A program made the translations under genes and the position numbers. The notes beneath the pieces were generated by a model that saw only the letters and a list, made by a program, of their open reading frames with translations, made no database searches and was not told where the DNA came from. Shown one piece after another: positions 1-9,064 of a stretch of 63,908 bases of DNA (positions within the stretch are counted from its first letter, which is position 1; each line of letters starts with the position of its first letter). Where the stretch lies: IMG/VR virus record IMGVR_UViG_3300048033_000958, positions 1 through 63,908 of that record; one strand, 5' to 3'. The DNA comes from a virus. Its lineage: Duplodnaviria; Caudoviricetes.

Positions 1-204
1 TTTATCCATAGGAAGTTTAGCAAGTTGGTGTAGTTCCATCTTGGTTTTTGAATTATCATTTCCGTGAGGTGGTTGACCTGCGAATTGTTTCCACTCAAAG
101 TCTTTCAACATTGAAGGTGTTTGTTTCATCACCTTTAGATGTTTAGGGTCAATCTCCTCTGAGTAACCCATTGTCTTTAGTTGCACGATGTCAGATAGTT
201 TCAT
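1..204 (-). CDS. Partial gene running off the left edge; possible PAP2/haloperoxidase-like protein N-terminus
   Basis: Manual translation MKLSDIVQLKTMGYSEEIDPKHLKVMKQTPSMLKDFEWKQFAGQPPHGNDNSKTKMELHQLAK; PPxxNDxxxTxxEL resembles PAP2-family N-termini. Confidence 0.4.
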   Translation of the reverse strand, partial: MKLSDIVQLKTMGYSEEIDPKHLKVMKQTPSMLKDFEWKQFAGQPPHGNDNSKTKMELHQLAKLPMDK

Positions 205-206
205 AA

Positions 207-431
207 CTATCCCTTTTTGGCGAACTTCTCAATCCCAGCAATACCAAAACAACCTAATGTGATAATCACAAACGAATTGTAGATGAACTCTTGTACTACC
301 AAGTCCTTACCAAAGTATCCAGTTACTAAATCAGCAAGTGCAAATACTACCATTACTGCGAAGGACATAAATCCAATCACATTTTTTTCGTTGTAATCGT
401 TATTGTCTTTGAAAATCTCTTTGAAAGCCAT
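207..431 (-). CDS. Small two-TM membrane protein, holin-like
   Basis: Two hydrophobic helices and basic C-terminus (EKFAKKG); AGGAG before ATG at 431, alternative start at 458. Confidence 0.5.
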   Translation of the reverse strand: MAFKEIFKDNNDYNEKNVIGFMSFAVMVVFALADLVTGYFGKDLVVQEFIYNSFVIITLGCFGIAGIEKFAKKG

Positions 432-482
432 AATCTTTCTCCTAATGTATTTTAACATAACATAACTCCTTTAGTATAAGTA

Positions 483-1016
483 TTACTTATTTTGATTAAA
501 ATATTCTAATATATCTTGTTCTAAGATATAATCCATTACAAAGTTATTACCATACATAATACTTGTAAATGTGCCTGTGTCTTCTTCGGTTATCTCTATA
601 ACATAATCAACTTCGTTATAGGTAAGTTGATAACTCTCACTTTTTCGTACTCTTTGAATACTCTTGTATTCATCACTACGTTCAACAACTTCTTTATCAC
701 TTAGGTCAGGTACATTTATAAGTTTGGTAACACAACTTGCATAATTTGTTTTTAGTGTATCTACCAAGAATACCTCATCCATTTTAGTCATTAAGTAGAG
801 TCGTTGAACTTTATTCAACCCACCTGCCTTAAAATCTCCTGTGAACTGAACGATGGGTAGTGTGAGTAATGCATCTTTTGTAGCATCTTTTAGTCGTGTG
901 AAATCAACGACTTCAGTTACTTGTCGTGGGTGTCTTATATTCTTATTGAAGGGCATCAGTAATATATCGTAAAAAGTACATACATCAAACTTCCCCTCAA
1001 CACCACTATACATCAC
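483..1016 (-). CDS. Hypothetical protein
   Basis: 177-aa ORF with AAGGAG upstream, abutting the upstream gene. Confidence 0.6.
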   Translation of the reverse strand: MMYSGVEGKFDVCTFYDILLMPFNKNIRHPRQVTEVVDFTRLKDATKDALLTLPIVQFTGDFKAGGLNKVQRLYLMTKMDEVFLVDTLKTNYASCVTKLINVPDLSDKEVVERSDEYKSIQRVRKSESYQLTYNEVDYVIEITEEDTGTFTSIMYGNNFVMDYILEQDILEYFNQNK

Positions 1017-1606
1017 TACTCCTTATCGGATGCGTACTTCACACCCATAATTGTACCCACAATTGAAAATGCGTTAGTTAATAAGATACCAAACATATTA
1101 GACCAAGTAGACCCAATAATTTGAGTGTCTTGCCCTGACATTAGTGCAATTCCATACATAATTGTAGTTACAATACCCACCCCAATTATTATCACCAAAG
1201 CAACCCTTACGATTGTACCTATAAGTTCAAATTGAGATTTTTTCTGCATTAGGTCCAAATCTTCCAATGCTTTGTCTTTAGATTTCTCGGCAGCTTCTCT
1301 AAGTTTATTTGCTTCTTCTTCAGATTGTTGGGCAGAGTCCAATGCATTTTGAAGTTCAATCATCAAATCATCAGTTTCTTCTTGCTTTTTTACCAACTCC
1401 TTGTTTTGTTTCTGAACTTGCTTGGTTACTTGAAGTCTTTTTCTCCGTGCAGTAGAGTCTTTATCTTTACATTGATTTAGATAGTTAATAACCTCAACAT
1501 CTTCATCACTTGGTTTTAATACTTTTAGAATATTACCTTCTAAGTATACTTTTTTTTCTTTGGCAAGTTTTAGTAAAGAATCTCGTGATAACTCATTTAG
1601 TTTCAT
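1016..1606 (-). CDS. Coiled-coil protein with two C-terminal TM helices
   Basis: K/E/Q-rich helical region followed by two hydrophobic segments; downstream of the response regulator in the same gene run. Confidence 0.65.
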   Translation of the reverse strand: MKLNELSRDSLLKLAKEKKVYLEGNILKVLKPSDEDVEVINYLNQCKDKDSTARRKRLQVTKQVQKQNKELVKKQEETDDLMIELQNALDSAQQSEEEANKLREAAEKSKDKALEDLDLMQKKSQFELIGTIVRVALVIIIGVGIVTTIMYGIALMSGQDTQIIGSTWSNMFGILLTNAFSIVGTIMGVKYASDKE

Positions 1607-1609
1607 AAC

Positions 1610-2107
1610 CTATTTCTCTTCTAATAACTGATTTAATTGTATATTCTTCAATCTCAAATCAAAGGTTTGCTTTTGTAACTCCTCGATTTTACTCTCCAAG
1701 TCCTCTCTATACATTTTAGAGATATCCACTTCATTAACCTCAGATTTTTTTGATTCAATTTTTTGGGTGATTCTTCTAATGTTACTTAGAGCACTAATAG
1801 CAATTACAACCCACCCCCAATTCATAGGAGTCCAATCAACATCTGTTGTGAAATGTATTACAACAAATATAATTGCCATTAAACCATATCCATACCCAAA
1901 TAACCTTCTTCGTTCTAAGCTACTATAAACAACTGAATGAAGTGTACCATAACCAATCAACATACTAATGATAGCAACATACCATAAATCTGGAAAGAAC
2001 TCAGCTTCCAATACAACTGGTGCAAAGATGAACCATATCAATCCCTGCAAAACCTCAGTTGGTTCTGAATCGTGGTACGTTAAGATATGTCCTAATTTTT
2101 TTATCAT
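1610..2107 (-). CDS. Multi-pass membrane protein with C-terminal coiled coil
   Basis: About 4 hydrophobic segments; start overlaps the response regulator stop. Confidence 0.65.
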   Translation of the reverse strand: MIKKLGHILTYHDSEPTEVLQGLIWFIFAPVVLEAEFFPDLWYVAIISMLIGYGTLHSVVYSSLERRRLFGYGYGLMAIIFVVIHFTTDVDWTPMNWGWVVIAISALSNIRRITQKIESKKSEVNEVDISKMYREDLESKIEELQKQTFDLRLKNIQLNQLLEEK

Positions 2108-2550
2108 CTATAAACTTTAAATGGATTTGTTTTATTCAAGTATCCATCGTAATCACTACGGAACTCTTCTAATCTTGGTTCAATGTCATCAGACTTAATA
2201 ATCCAAAATTGAGCACCTGCTGCTTTTGCTTTTTCAATTTCTTGGTTGTCATCTGATGATGAAATAATACCAATCACACACCCATTACCATAATCAAAGT
2301 TAATCTTTCTAATAAGTTCGATACCATCAAATGAAGAGCCAATGATATTCAAATCAACGAATACACATTCAGGTCTTTCGTGGTTGGGGTCATCTGGAAA
2401 CCATGCCTTAAATAATTTATCTGCCTCATCAGAAGAGTTAAGTGCTTCTAACGATAGAGTTATATCTAAGATACTACATGCATCTTCAAATACCAAGTGG
2501 AATAAATCCTCATCATCCACCAATAAAATAGAGTTAATCATATTGTTCAT
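2104..2550 (-). CDS. Single-domain response regulator (CheY-like receiver)
   Basis: LLVDDED acidic pocket, FVDLN phosphoacceptor Asp, IISSS, WIIKS conserved Lys; no output domain. Confidence 0.92.
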   Translation of the reverse strand: MNNMINSILLVDDEDLFHLVFEDACSILDITLSLEALNSSDEADKLFKAWFPDDPNHERPECVFVDLNIIGSSFDGIELIRKINFDYGNGCVIGIISSSDDNQEIEKAKAAGAQFWIIKSDDIEPRLEEFRSDYDGYLNKTNPFKVYR

Positions 2551-3797
2551 TTTAATTTTATCCTTAATTTAGTTCCTGGATTTACTTTTTCTGCCCTAAT
2601 TTCAAAACCATGCTCTTGTAAAATTGAAATACAAATATTCAATCCCAATCCAGAGCCACCTTCTTTTTGCCCGTCTTTCCTTACATATGGTCTGGATAAA
2701 TTTAGAAATTCTTCTTGAGTTAAACCTCTACCATTATCTTCCACACAAAGTGTAGAGTCGTTCTCCATATAAATAGTGATTACTTTAGTAGAACTATCGT
2801 TATATTTTAACCCATTTCTAATTAAATTATCAATGGCCGTGCAAAAGAGTGGTTCGTTTACTTCTATTGTTGGTAATCTATCTATTGCTACTTGTTTTAT
2901 GTAAGATGTGGATGACAAGTAGTTCTTTAATATTTCACCTAAATTGTGCTTTTGTTTTTCAAGTTGTACATCTTCTTTAACCAAGTTTGTAAACTCTTTT
3001 ACACCAGCATATACCTTTTGTGTATGTTTTAATCCTTCCTCTAACATTCTTAGTGGAGCACCTATTCTTAACTCTTTTATAGAATCTTCAGACAATCTAC
3101 GATTTAGTGATGATAACCCCCGTGGCATATAAGTGTTAATACCACTATGCATATCGTGTCTTAGAATTTTAGCAGCGTGTTCTAAGTAAGCATTTTTCTG
3201 ACTAACGATTTCTTCTGCTTCGTGTTGTGCTGTAACATCGGTGGCTACCTTTAATATTTTATCGTATTGACCTTTTGCGTTTCTGATAGGAGTGTAATTA
3301 CCAAATAACCATCTTTTTGACCCATCTTTTCCTACTCGTTCAAATTGACCAGTGATACTTTCACCACTTCGTAATTTTTCCCAAAATTCTAAGTATTCTT
3401 TACTTTTAGCATATTCGGGTGTAACCATTCTACTATGGGGTTGTTTTTTGATTTGACCCTCGGAACACCCCATAAGATTACAAAAGTTTGGATTGGCAGT
3501 TTCAATATAACCATCCATTGTCAATGTTACTACTAAATTTGATTTACTGATACCCTCTAATTGAGAATCAATCTGCTCTTCCTTTAGTTTGATATTTGAA
3601 AGGAACTCAGAAACAACCATAAAGAATGGTGGCATAAAAGCAATAACACACCCATATCCAAACTTAGCCAACTCTATACTATTTTCACATACCCCAAATA
3701 CAATACAAGATTGTACCAAGAAGAATGTAAGCATAATGGCAGCTGCGATACCTAATGCGATTTTTGATTTTCGCGACATTCCATCTAAGAGTGTCAT
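2547..3797 (-). CDS. Membrane PAS/PAC sensor histidine kinase
   Basis: Two N-terminal TMs, PAS/PAC, H-box LRHDMHS, N-box NLIRNGLKY, G1 EDNGRG, G2 GSGLGL. Confidence 0.93.
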   Translation of the reverse strand: MTLLDGMSRKSKIALGIAAAIMLTFFLVQSCIVFGVCENSIELAKFGYGCVIAFMPPFFMVVSEFLSNIKLKEEQIDSQLEGISKSNLVVTLTMDGYIETANPNFCNLMGCSEGQIKKQPHSRMVTPEYAKSKEYLEFWEKLRSGESITGQFERVGKDGSKRWLFGNYTPIRNAKGQYDKILKVATDVTAQHEAEEIVSQKNAYLEHAAKILRHDMHSGINTYMPRGLSSLNRRLSEDSIKELRIGAPLRMLEEGLKHTQKVYAGVKEFTNLVKEDVQLEKQKHNLGEILKNYLSSTSYIKQVAIDRLPTIEVNEPLFCTAIDNLIRNGLKYNDSSTKVITIYMENDSTLCVEDNGRGLTQEEFLNLSRPYVRKDGQKEGGSGLGLNICISILQEHGFEIRAEKVNPGTKLRIKLK

Positions 3798-3798
3798 C

Positions 3799-3987
3799 TT
3801 ATAACTCCGACTTCTTCAGTCCTAATTTTTCAAATAACCATTTTGAAGGGCAAAACTTAGTCCATACCCCAACATTTAACATAGCGATAACGAATACTAC
3901 TACCCACCAATTGTTTAATAATAATCCTACTAATAACACAATTGACATAAGTAAGTATACCGCTCTTACTGAAGTCCAATTTTTCAT
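3799..3987 (-). CDS. DUF2892/YgaP-like small membrane protein
   Basis: 62 aa, two TM helices followed by FCP motif. Confidence 0.65.
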   Translation of the reverse strand: MKNWTSVRAVYLLMSIVLLVGLLLNNWWVVVFVIAMLNVGVWTKFCPSKWLFEKLGLKKSEL

Positions 3988-4100
3988 TACATCATCTCCA
4001 ACATTCCAAAGACTGCGACTTTGATTCTAATCCACAATCTTTGCTTCCAAGGTAATTCTTGGAATTGTTTTGTTTTAAAAATATCTTCTAATTCTTCCAT
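3987..4100 (-). CDS. Small hypothetical protein (37 aa)
   Basis: Manual translation MEELEDIFKTKQFQELPWKQRLWIRIKVAVFGMLEMM; fills the gap, stop overlaps next start. Confidence 0.5.
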   Translation of the reverse strand: MEELEDIFKTKQFQELPWKQRLWIRIKVAVFGMLEMM

Positions 4101-4241
4101 TTAATCTCCGCAACAATATGTTTCACAACTATCTAAATAACTATTATTTGGGTTACCTTTTGTTAGATAACCTACTTCGTAATCGGGTTGACTCGAACAC
4201 GATGACATTATTACCGATATTAATATAATATACTTTATCAT
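4101..4241 (-). CDS. Small putative lipoprotein (46 aa)
   Basis: Manual translation MIKYIILISVIMSSCSSQPDYEVGYLTKGNPNNSYLDSCETYCCGD; hydrophobic leader ending SS-C; start overlaps amidase stop. Confidence 0.55.
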   Translation of the reverse strand: MIKYIILISVIMSSCSSQPDYEVGYLTKGNPNNSYLDSCETYCCGD

Positions 4242-5119
4242 AGTGAAGCAAGCATATCTAATAGTTCCTGTTGAGGGAACATATCGAATTTATCTTTACG
4301 AGTATTGGTATGTGTCCATACACCCTTAACTTTACCATAGTATGCATCTTCATTAAATTCAAATGCATCAGCACCTTTTTCTTTTACCAATTCCGGCAAT
4401 CCTTTTCTGATGTCAATACCATCTCTTTCACCAATCCAAAGAATCCACTTTCTAAGTGCTTCGATTTGGTCATCGGAATACTTATGCCAAGTTTTGAATC
4501 CTCTAAATGGTTTGTCTAACTCAACCAATTGAGATTCGTGAACTCGTGTACCGGCATATGTTTTACCATCTTTAATCCAACCAAAATTACACACTTCAAT
4601 TCCTACTGAATGAGTGTGCATATGTTGTGACCCATTCTTACCCAAATGCCATCCATAACCACCTTCGGGGAATGCTTGTACCATTACACCATCGTGGTCT
4701 TCATTGTTACCTTTTACGGATGGACCACCTAATACAAATTCAGTTGCTACTGCACCACGAGAATCCCTTCCCCATTGGTCGATGCAATTGAATGGGTTGT
4801 GCCACCCCGCGGTGTGATGTAAGAATACATATTCTTTATTTGTTGGACCAACCTTATATTCACCTTGGGGTAAATAATGTCTATTAACGATTAGACCATT
4901 TTCCGTTTCAAAAGTCTTTTCCGAGTCATCAGTAGTAGCGAGACCCATAGCATCCCAAGTGGAAGGACCCACAAGACCATCAGCATCAAGACCATTGGCC
5001 TTTTGAAACTCTTTAACTGCTTCTTCAGTTCCTTTACCGAAAATACCATCCGCTCCTATTCCTAAAAACTCTTGTAAATCTTTTACTTGTTTTCCACGAG
5101 AACCAACTTTTAGTAACAT
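4238..5119 (-). CDS. N-acetylmuramoyl-L-alanine amidase with peptidoglycan-binding domain (endolysin candidate)
   Basis: PG-binding motifs DGIFGKGTEEAVKEFQ and DGLVGPST; amidase motifs LHHTAG, SVGIEVCN, HTN..KFD. Confidence 0.88.
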   Translation of the reverse strand: MLLKVGSRGKQVKDLQEFLGIGADGIFGKGTEEAVKEFQKANGLDADGLVGPSTWDAMGLATTDDSEKTFETENGLIVNRHYLPQGEYKVGPTNKEYVFLHHTAGWHNPFNCIDQWGRDSRGAVATEFVLGGPSVKGNNEDHDGVMVQAFPEGGYGWHLGKNGSQHMHTHSVGIEVCNFGWIKDGKTYAGTRVHESQLVELDKPFRGFKTWHKYSDDQIEALRKWILWIGERDGIDIRKGLPELVKEKGADAFEFNEDAYYGKVKGVWTHTNTRKDKFDMFPQQELLDMLASL

Positions 5120-5272
5120 CTATTTTCCTTTCTTTTTGCGACCAGCACAATGTGCTCTTTGACTAAAACCTTTAGGATTGTTACAATCGATACTTTTCTT
5201 ATAAGAATCGGACCATTTCTCATCAATTTTTTTGATAAGTCTCTCAAGTGCTTCTTCGTAAGGTGTACCCAT
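5120..5272 (-). CDS. Small conserved phage peptide (50 aa)
   Basis: Manual translation MGTPYEEALERLIKKIDEKWSDSYKKSIDCNNPKGFSQRAHCAGRKKKGK; GAGGAG upstream. Confidence 0.7.
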   Translation of the reverse strand: MGTPYEEALERLIKKIDEKWSDSYKKSIDCNNPKGFSQRAHCAGRKKKGK

Positions 5273-5284
5273 AGTAATTCTCCT

Positions 5285-5479
5285 CTACATATAAGTATGT
5301 ATAAATTCTAAAGGAAGTACCCAATCGACCCCAAATGGGTCTGAAACTCTAATTTCTTGCTTTTGTTCGTTGAGAGATAAAAGTGTCACTTTTTCTCCCA
5401 TTAAAAGACTGCCCTTGTGATTCGAGAAAGTCTTCTTTACTTCTACTTTTTTTCCTATTTGATTTTGTAAACTTTTCAT
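5285..5479 (-). CDS. Hypothetical small beta-rich protein
   Basis: MKSLQNQIGKKVEVKK...; overlaps 5349..5534 in another frame. Confidence 0.4.
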   Translation of the reverse strand: MKSLQNQIGKKVEVKKTFSNHKGSLLMGEKVTLLSLNEQKQEIRVSDPFGVDWVLPLEFIHTYM

Positions 5480-5534
5480 ACATTTCGTAATCATCCTCGA
5501 ACTCATCGAGGTTGTTGATGTTAATTTTACCCAT
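5349..5534 (-). CDS. Hypothetical small charged protein
   Basis: Start overlaps upstream stop; acidic then basic low-complexity sequence. Confidence 0.4.
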   Translation of the reverse strand: MGKININNLDEFEDDYEMYEKFTKSNRKKSRSKEDFLESQGQSFNGRKSDTFISQRTKARN

Positions 5535-5772
5535 TATGGATTATCCTTAACTTTTTAATTTTCTCCAAGAATTCTTCTACGGAATAAGATTTTGATTTTT
5601 CATCTTTGATTACCACTTCTTCTAAAGTGTCGGGATACTTTTCTACCAATCTTACAAGAATACCAAATCCTTGGTCTGCCCAAAAGTTTTTGAACGAAAC
5701 CTCACCTAATATATTAGTAGAGAAGTCTACTGATTCTTCGGTGTCACCTGGTAGTAATATAAAGTATCTCAT
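5527..5772 (-). CDS. Hypothetical protein
   Basis: 81-aa ORF whose start overlaps the GT2 stop. Confidence 0.65.
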   Translation of the reverse strand: MRYFILLPGDTEESVDFSTNILGEVSFKNFWADQGFGILVRLVEKYPDTLEEVVIKDEKSKSYSVEEFLEKIKKLRIIHNG

Positions 5773-6956
5773 AGATTAATTAGGTCGTTCTCGTAATGTT
5801 TTACTCGATTCACCTTTACTTTAAATATGTCGAATTCGTACTCACCACTCTCAAATTCATTAAAATCAAAGATTTCCGATAGGTTTTGAATGAAGTTAAA
5901 TGAATTTTGTGTTAGTTTATTTGCGTCAAATCTAACAATTATATCTGAATCTACTTGTTGGTTGATTCTCTCACTCAAGTTGAACTGAGTATTTGGTTGT
6001 TCTAATTTAATGTATTCATCGATTTTTTCTTGTGGTATGTCCACATTGATGTTACTACACCAAGGTTCTAACATATTCAATATTTGCTCGTTAGCATTGA
6101 AAACTCTGAACTCTACATCGTACTTGTGAGGAACGATTGGTTTCATTAGTCTATCGTGTTTCACAAAATGACCCCACTTACGAATAAAGTTACGAGTCGA
6201 ACGAATGTTTTGTGCCAACCACTCATCAGATTCCTTACCAACCTCAGTTAGTGTTGGATTAAATCGTGACCCTCTACAAGTCATATGGTATACACACCCA
6301 TCCCAAGTCTGAATAAGTTCGTATCCATTTAGAAGGAATCGGTTGAAGATGTCAGAATCCTCTTTTGATTGAGGTGCGTATAATGGGTCATGTCCTCCGA
6401 TAGATGTAAAATCTTCTTTGAACAAAAACCAAGGTGCAAAGATACCCTCAGTAGGTTTATCATATTTGTATCTATCCTCACCACTTACGAACCACTCTAA
6501 GAACTTCTCTTCATCGAAGTCTTCAGGCTCAGTCTTCCAATCCATCAAAACCTTCTCTGGTCCATCTGGGTGAAGTGGTGGTTCAATACGAGTGAGTGAT
6601 ACCACCGTCATTGGTTTGATATGTTCTAATACCGATTCCAATGCACCAGGACACAAATACATATCTGCGTGGTAGATACCCACAATCTTTGTAGGAGCAA
6701 CCTCGTTGATTAGTCTATCATATAAGATAGTATGGCCCAATCGTGTTGGTCCTTCGTTTCGGATTGCTTTGAAGTTGGAGTCCTTCTCCATCATCTCTTG
6801 ACACCATTCCCAAGTTCCATCGTTACTAAAGTCATCAGCAACACATATGGTTGGCTCTTCACCTGCGTTCTTTCTGATACTATCGTAAGACCACTTGAGG
6901 TATTTCAAGTTGTTACGAGATGGTTGTATAAACGATATATCGCTTTTAGTCATCAT
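5769..6956 (-). CDS. GT2-family glycosyltransferase
   Basis: VADDFSNDGT, HADMY, EDSD motifs of the GT-A fold. Confidence 0.85.
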   Translation of the reverse strand: MMTKSDISFIQPSRNNLKYLKWSYDSIRKNAGEEPTICVADDFSNDGTWEWCQEMMEKDSNFKAIRNEGPTRLGHTILYDRLINEVAPTKIVGIYHADMYLCPGALESVLEHIKPMTVVSLTRIEPPLHPDGPEKVLMDWKTEPEDFDEEKFLEWFVSGEDRYKYDKPTEGIFAPWFLFKEDFTSIGGHDPLYAPQSKEDSDIFNRFLLNGYELIQTWDGCVYHMTCRGSRFNPTLTEVGKESDEWLAQNIRSTRNFIRKWGHFVKHDRLMKPIVPHKYDVEFRVFNANEQILNMLEPWCSNINVDIPQEKIDEYIKLEQPNTQFNLSERINQQVDSDIIVRFDANKLTQNSFNFIQNLSEIFDFNEFESGEYEFDIFKVKVNRVKHYENDLINL

Positions 6957-6957
6957 A

Positions 6958-7617
6958 TTATTTGTGTATTTTTAATCTTCCAGATTCTTCCAATTGGTGA
7001 ATTAGTTCTCTTTCACTATTGAAATTATGTCCCAATTGCTCTGCCTTGAATGGTACTTTTTCAAAATAATGGTAGTCGTATCCCTCTTCCCAAAATGTAA
7101 AACCATACATATCGATACTTTCGAAGTTAGATAATAGTAACATCATCATCACAAACCCAGCAGTTGGTTCTTGACCAGGTGTGTATTTTGATACCTCCAT
7201 TACAAATTGAGGATTTATGAAAAATAGATTGTGTTTGTTTACATTAGAAAATACACCTTTCATAAATTCCTCAACATTCCACGTTTTACATATAATGTCT
7301 TGTGGTGGGAGTGATGGTAGAAAGTTTGGATGGGCAGTTGGGTTTCTATCTACTTTAGTAGTACCACCGAAGCAGTGACCATTAACCAATCTTAATGTAG
7401 TCTTCGAACCTACATACTTTTCAAATCCAATTGTAGGTGCGTGGTTAAATCTGATTACCACATCGTAGTTATCAATCTCACTACCCCATTCTTTAGATTT
7501 CATCAAACCACTATTACCAACCAAACACACTTTGGAGTTTTTAGGAAGGTTAAATAGAATAGGATATGATGTAGTAAGAAATGGCGACATTTCTACATTA
7601 TTCAATGAGATTTTCAT
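6958..7617 (-). CDS. GT29 sialyltransferase-like protein
   Basis: Sialylmotif L (VGNSG..GSEIDNYDVVIRFNHAP..VGSKTT), S (PTAGF..MYGF), III (HYFE), VS (HNFNSE). Confidence 0.88.
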   Translation of the reverse strand: MKISLNNVEMSPFLTTSYPILFNLPKNSKVCLVGNSGLMKSKEWGSEIDNYDVVIRFNHAPTIGFEKYVGSKTTLRLVNGHCFGGTTKVDRNPTAHPNFLPSLPPQDIICKTWNVEEFMKGVFSNVNKHNLFFINPQFVMEVSKYTPGQEPTAGFVMMMLLLSNFESIDMYGFTFWEEGYDYHYFEKVPFKAEQLGHNFNSERELIHQLEESGRLKIHK

Positions 7618-8480
7618 TTTTTCAAGTCACCTCTTAGTTTTAATAATGCAGGCATCTCAGAGTCAAGAACTCGTTTTTCAGAACTACCCATTGCTTGATT
7701 AACTTGGTCAATATACTTTAGTATGTATTGTATTCCTTGTAATTCCAATGAACCAGGGTGGTCAGTACCTTTCATACTTCTACTCAAGGTATAATGTCTC
7801 TCAATGATACGAGACCCCATCATATATGCAGCGATGTCTGGAGCAACACCTGCGTGGTGTCCACTAAATCCAACACTATCTACGATACCATCATATCGGT
7901 TTTGATACATAGGAATTACATTCAAGTTCAATTCATTTTCTGGAGTAGGGTATGTACTCGTACATTGTAGTAGGTGTAACTCATCATTATTTTTTAAGAT
8001 TTCAACTGCGTTATCTACATCTGAAATATCGGACATACCTGTACTTAAAATGGTTGGTAGTTTTGTGTCTGCTACTGCACGAAGTAAGTCTAAATCTGCA
8101 GTACGTTGTGATGCAATCTTTAATCCAGTTGTTCCAATCTCTTGTAAGAAGTCTAAACTTGGTTTGTCGGTGAACGAACTGATAAAGTCAAAACCCGCAG
8201 CTTCTACATAGTTTTTAAGTTCAATGAAGTCATCTTTAGACAACTCCAATGCCTTTCTATGTTCGTAGTAGGTTCTACCAAAAGAATTTGGGTTATCATA
8301 AATCATTGCCTTTTGTTCTTCGGACAAACAAGTGTCTATGTCTCGTTTAGCAGTTTTGATACAAGATATAGGTAGTCCTTTTAGACTATCTACCATTTTT
8401 TTTGCAATGTTAATATCACCTTGGTGATTCTGCCCTATTTCGGCGATAAAATAAATTGGGTGTTCGTTGTTTACTTTCAT
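7614..8480 (-). CDS. neuB: Nonulosonic acid synthase (NeuB/NANS family), no C-terminal SAF domain
   Basis: IAEIGQNHQGD, LKIAS, ILSTGMS, QCTSTYP, GFSGH, IERHYT, GTDH. Confidence 0.9.
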   Translation of the reverse strand: MKVNNEHPIYFIAEIGQNHQGDINIAKKMVDSLKGLPISCIKTAKRDIDTCLSEEQKAMIYDNPNSFGRTYYEHRKALELSKDDFIELKNYVEAAGFDFISSFTDKPSLDFLQEIGTTGLKIASQRTADLDLLRAVADTKLPTILSTGMSDISDVDNAVEILKNNDELHLLQCTSTYPTPENELNLNVIPMYQNRYDGIVDSVGFSGHHAGVAPDIAAYMMGSRIIERHYTLSRSMKGTDHPGSLELQGIQYILKYIDQVNQAMGSSEKRVLDSEMPALLKLRGDLKK

Positions 8481-8494
8481 AACTCGTGTATTGA

Positions 8495-9064
8495 TTATAT
8501 ATTATATTTTTCTTTTGCTTTATTAAAAAAATCAAGTGTATCTGGCCATAACACTACGATACCAAGGTCAATTAATTTTTGAAAATCTTTAACAGTATCG
8601 GATTGTGGGTGAGATTCTCCTTCGAGTATCATACCTTCTTGATTTTCATAATGCTCTTTTACATAAAATGGGTGATTTTGATAGAATGAAAACCCAGTAA
8701 CAAATACTTTACTAAACCCAGTTAACCATAAATTTATGGCAACATATACACCCATATTTGGTTTTGTACCACTAAACTCAAATCCATCTGGTCTGATGTA
8801 TTGTGATGTCATCGTTCTGCCTTTTAAAAATACATTTTGAACACCAAATCTATACTGAACTTCTCGAATTCTATCTCGATTATTTTCTTGCCATTGCTTA
8901 TTTACAAACAAAAAATCAGTTCTATGACCATAGTCCTTGAAATTTTGGATTTCGAATGAATTATTCATTCTTGCTACATAACCCATATTGTCTATACTCT
9001 TACCCAACCCCATACCTTCTAAGTGTGGTGATGGTCCTACTAAGATTGCGGTTTGTGCAAACAT
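8495..9064 (-). CDS. Divergent GT29-like glycosyltransferase
   Basis: VGPSPHL..G..ID....RMN..DYGHRTD (L-like); NMG..TGFSFY (S-like); C-terminal His. Confidence 0.7.
   Translation of the reverse strand: MFAQTAILVGPSPHLEGMGLGKSIDNMGYVARMNNSFEIQNFKDYGHRTDFLFVNKQWQENNRDRIREVQYRFGVQNVFLKGRTMTSQYIRPDGFEFSGTKPNMGVYVAINLWLTGFSKVFVTGFSFYQNHPFYVKEHYENQEGMILEGESHPQSDTVKDFQKLIDLGIVVLWPDTLDFFNKAKEKYNI

Noticed and set aside
2768-2775. TATAAATA inside the kinase gene as a late promoter
   Set aside because: It is intragenic, over 200 nt from the next start, and plausible by chance in AT-rich DNA.
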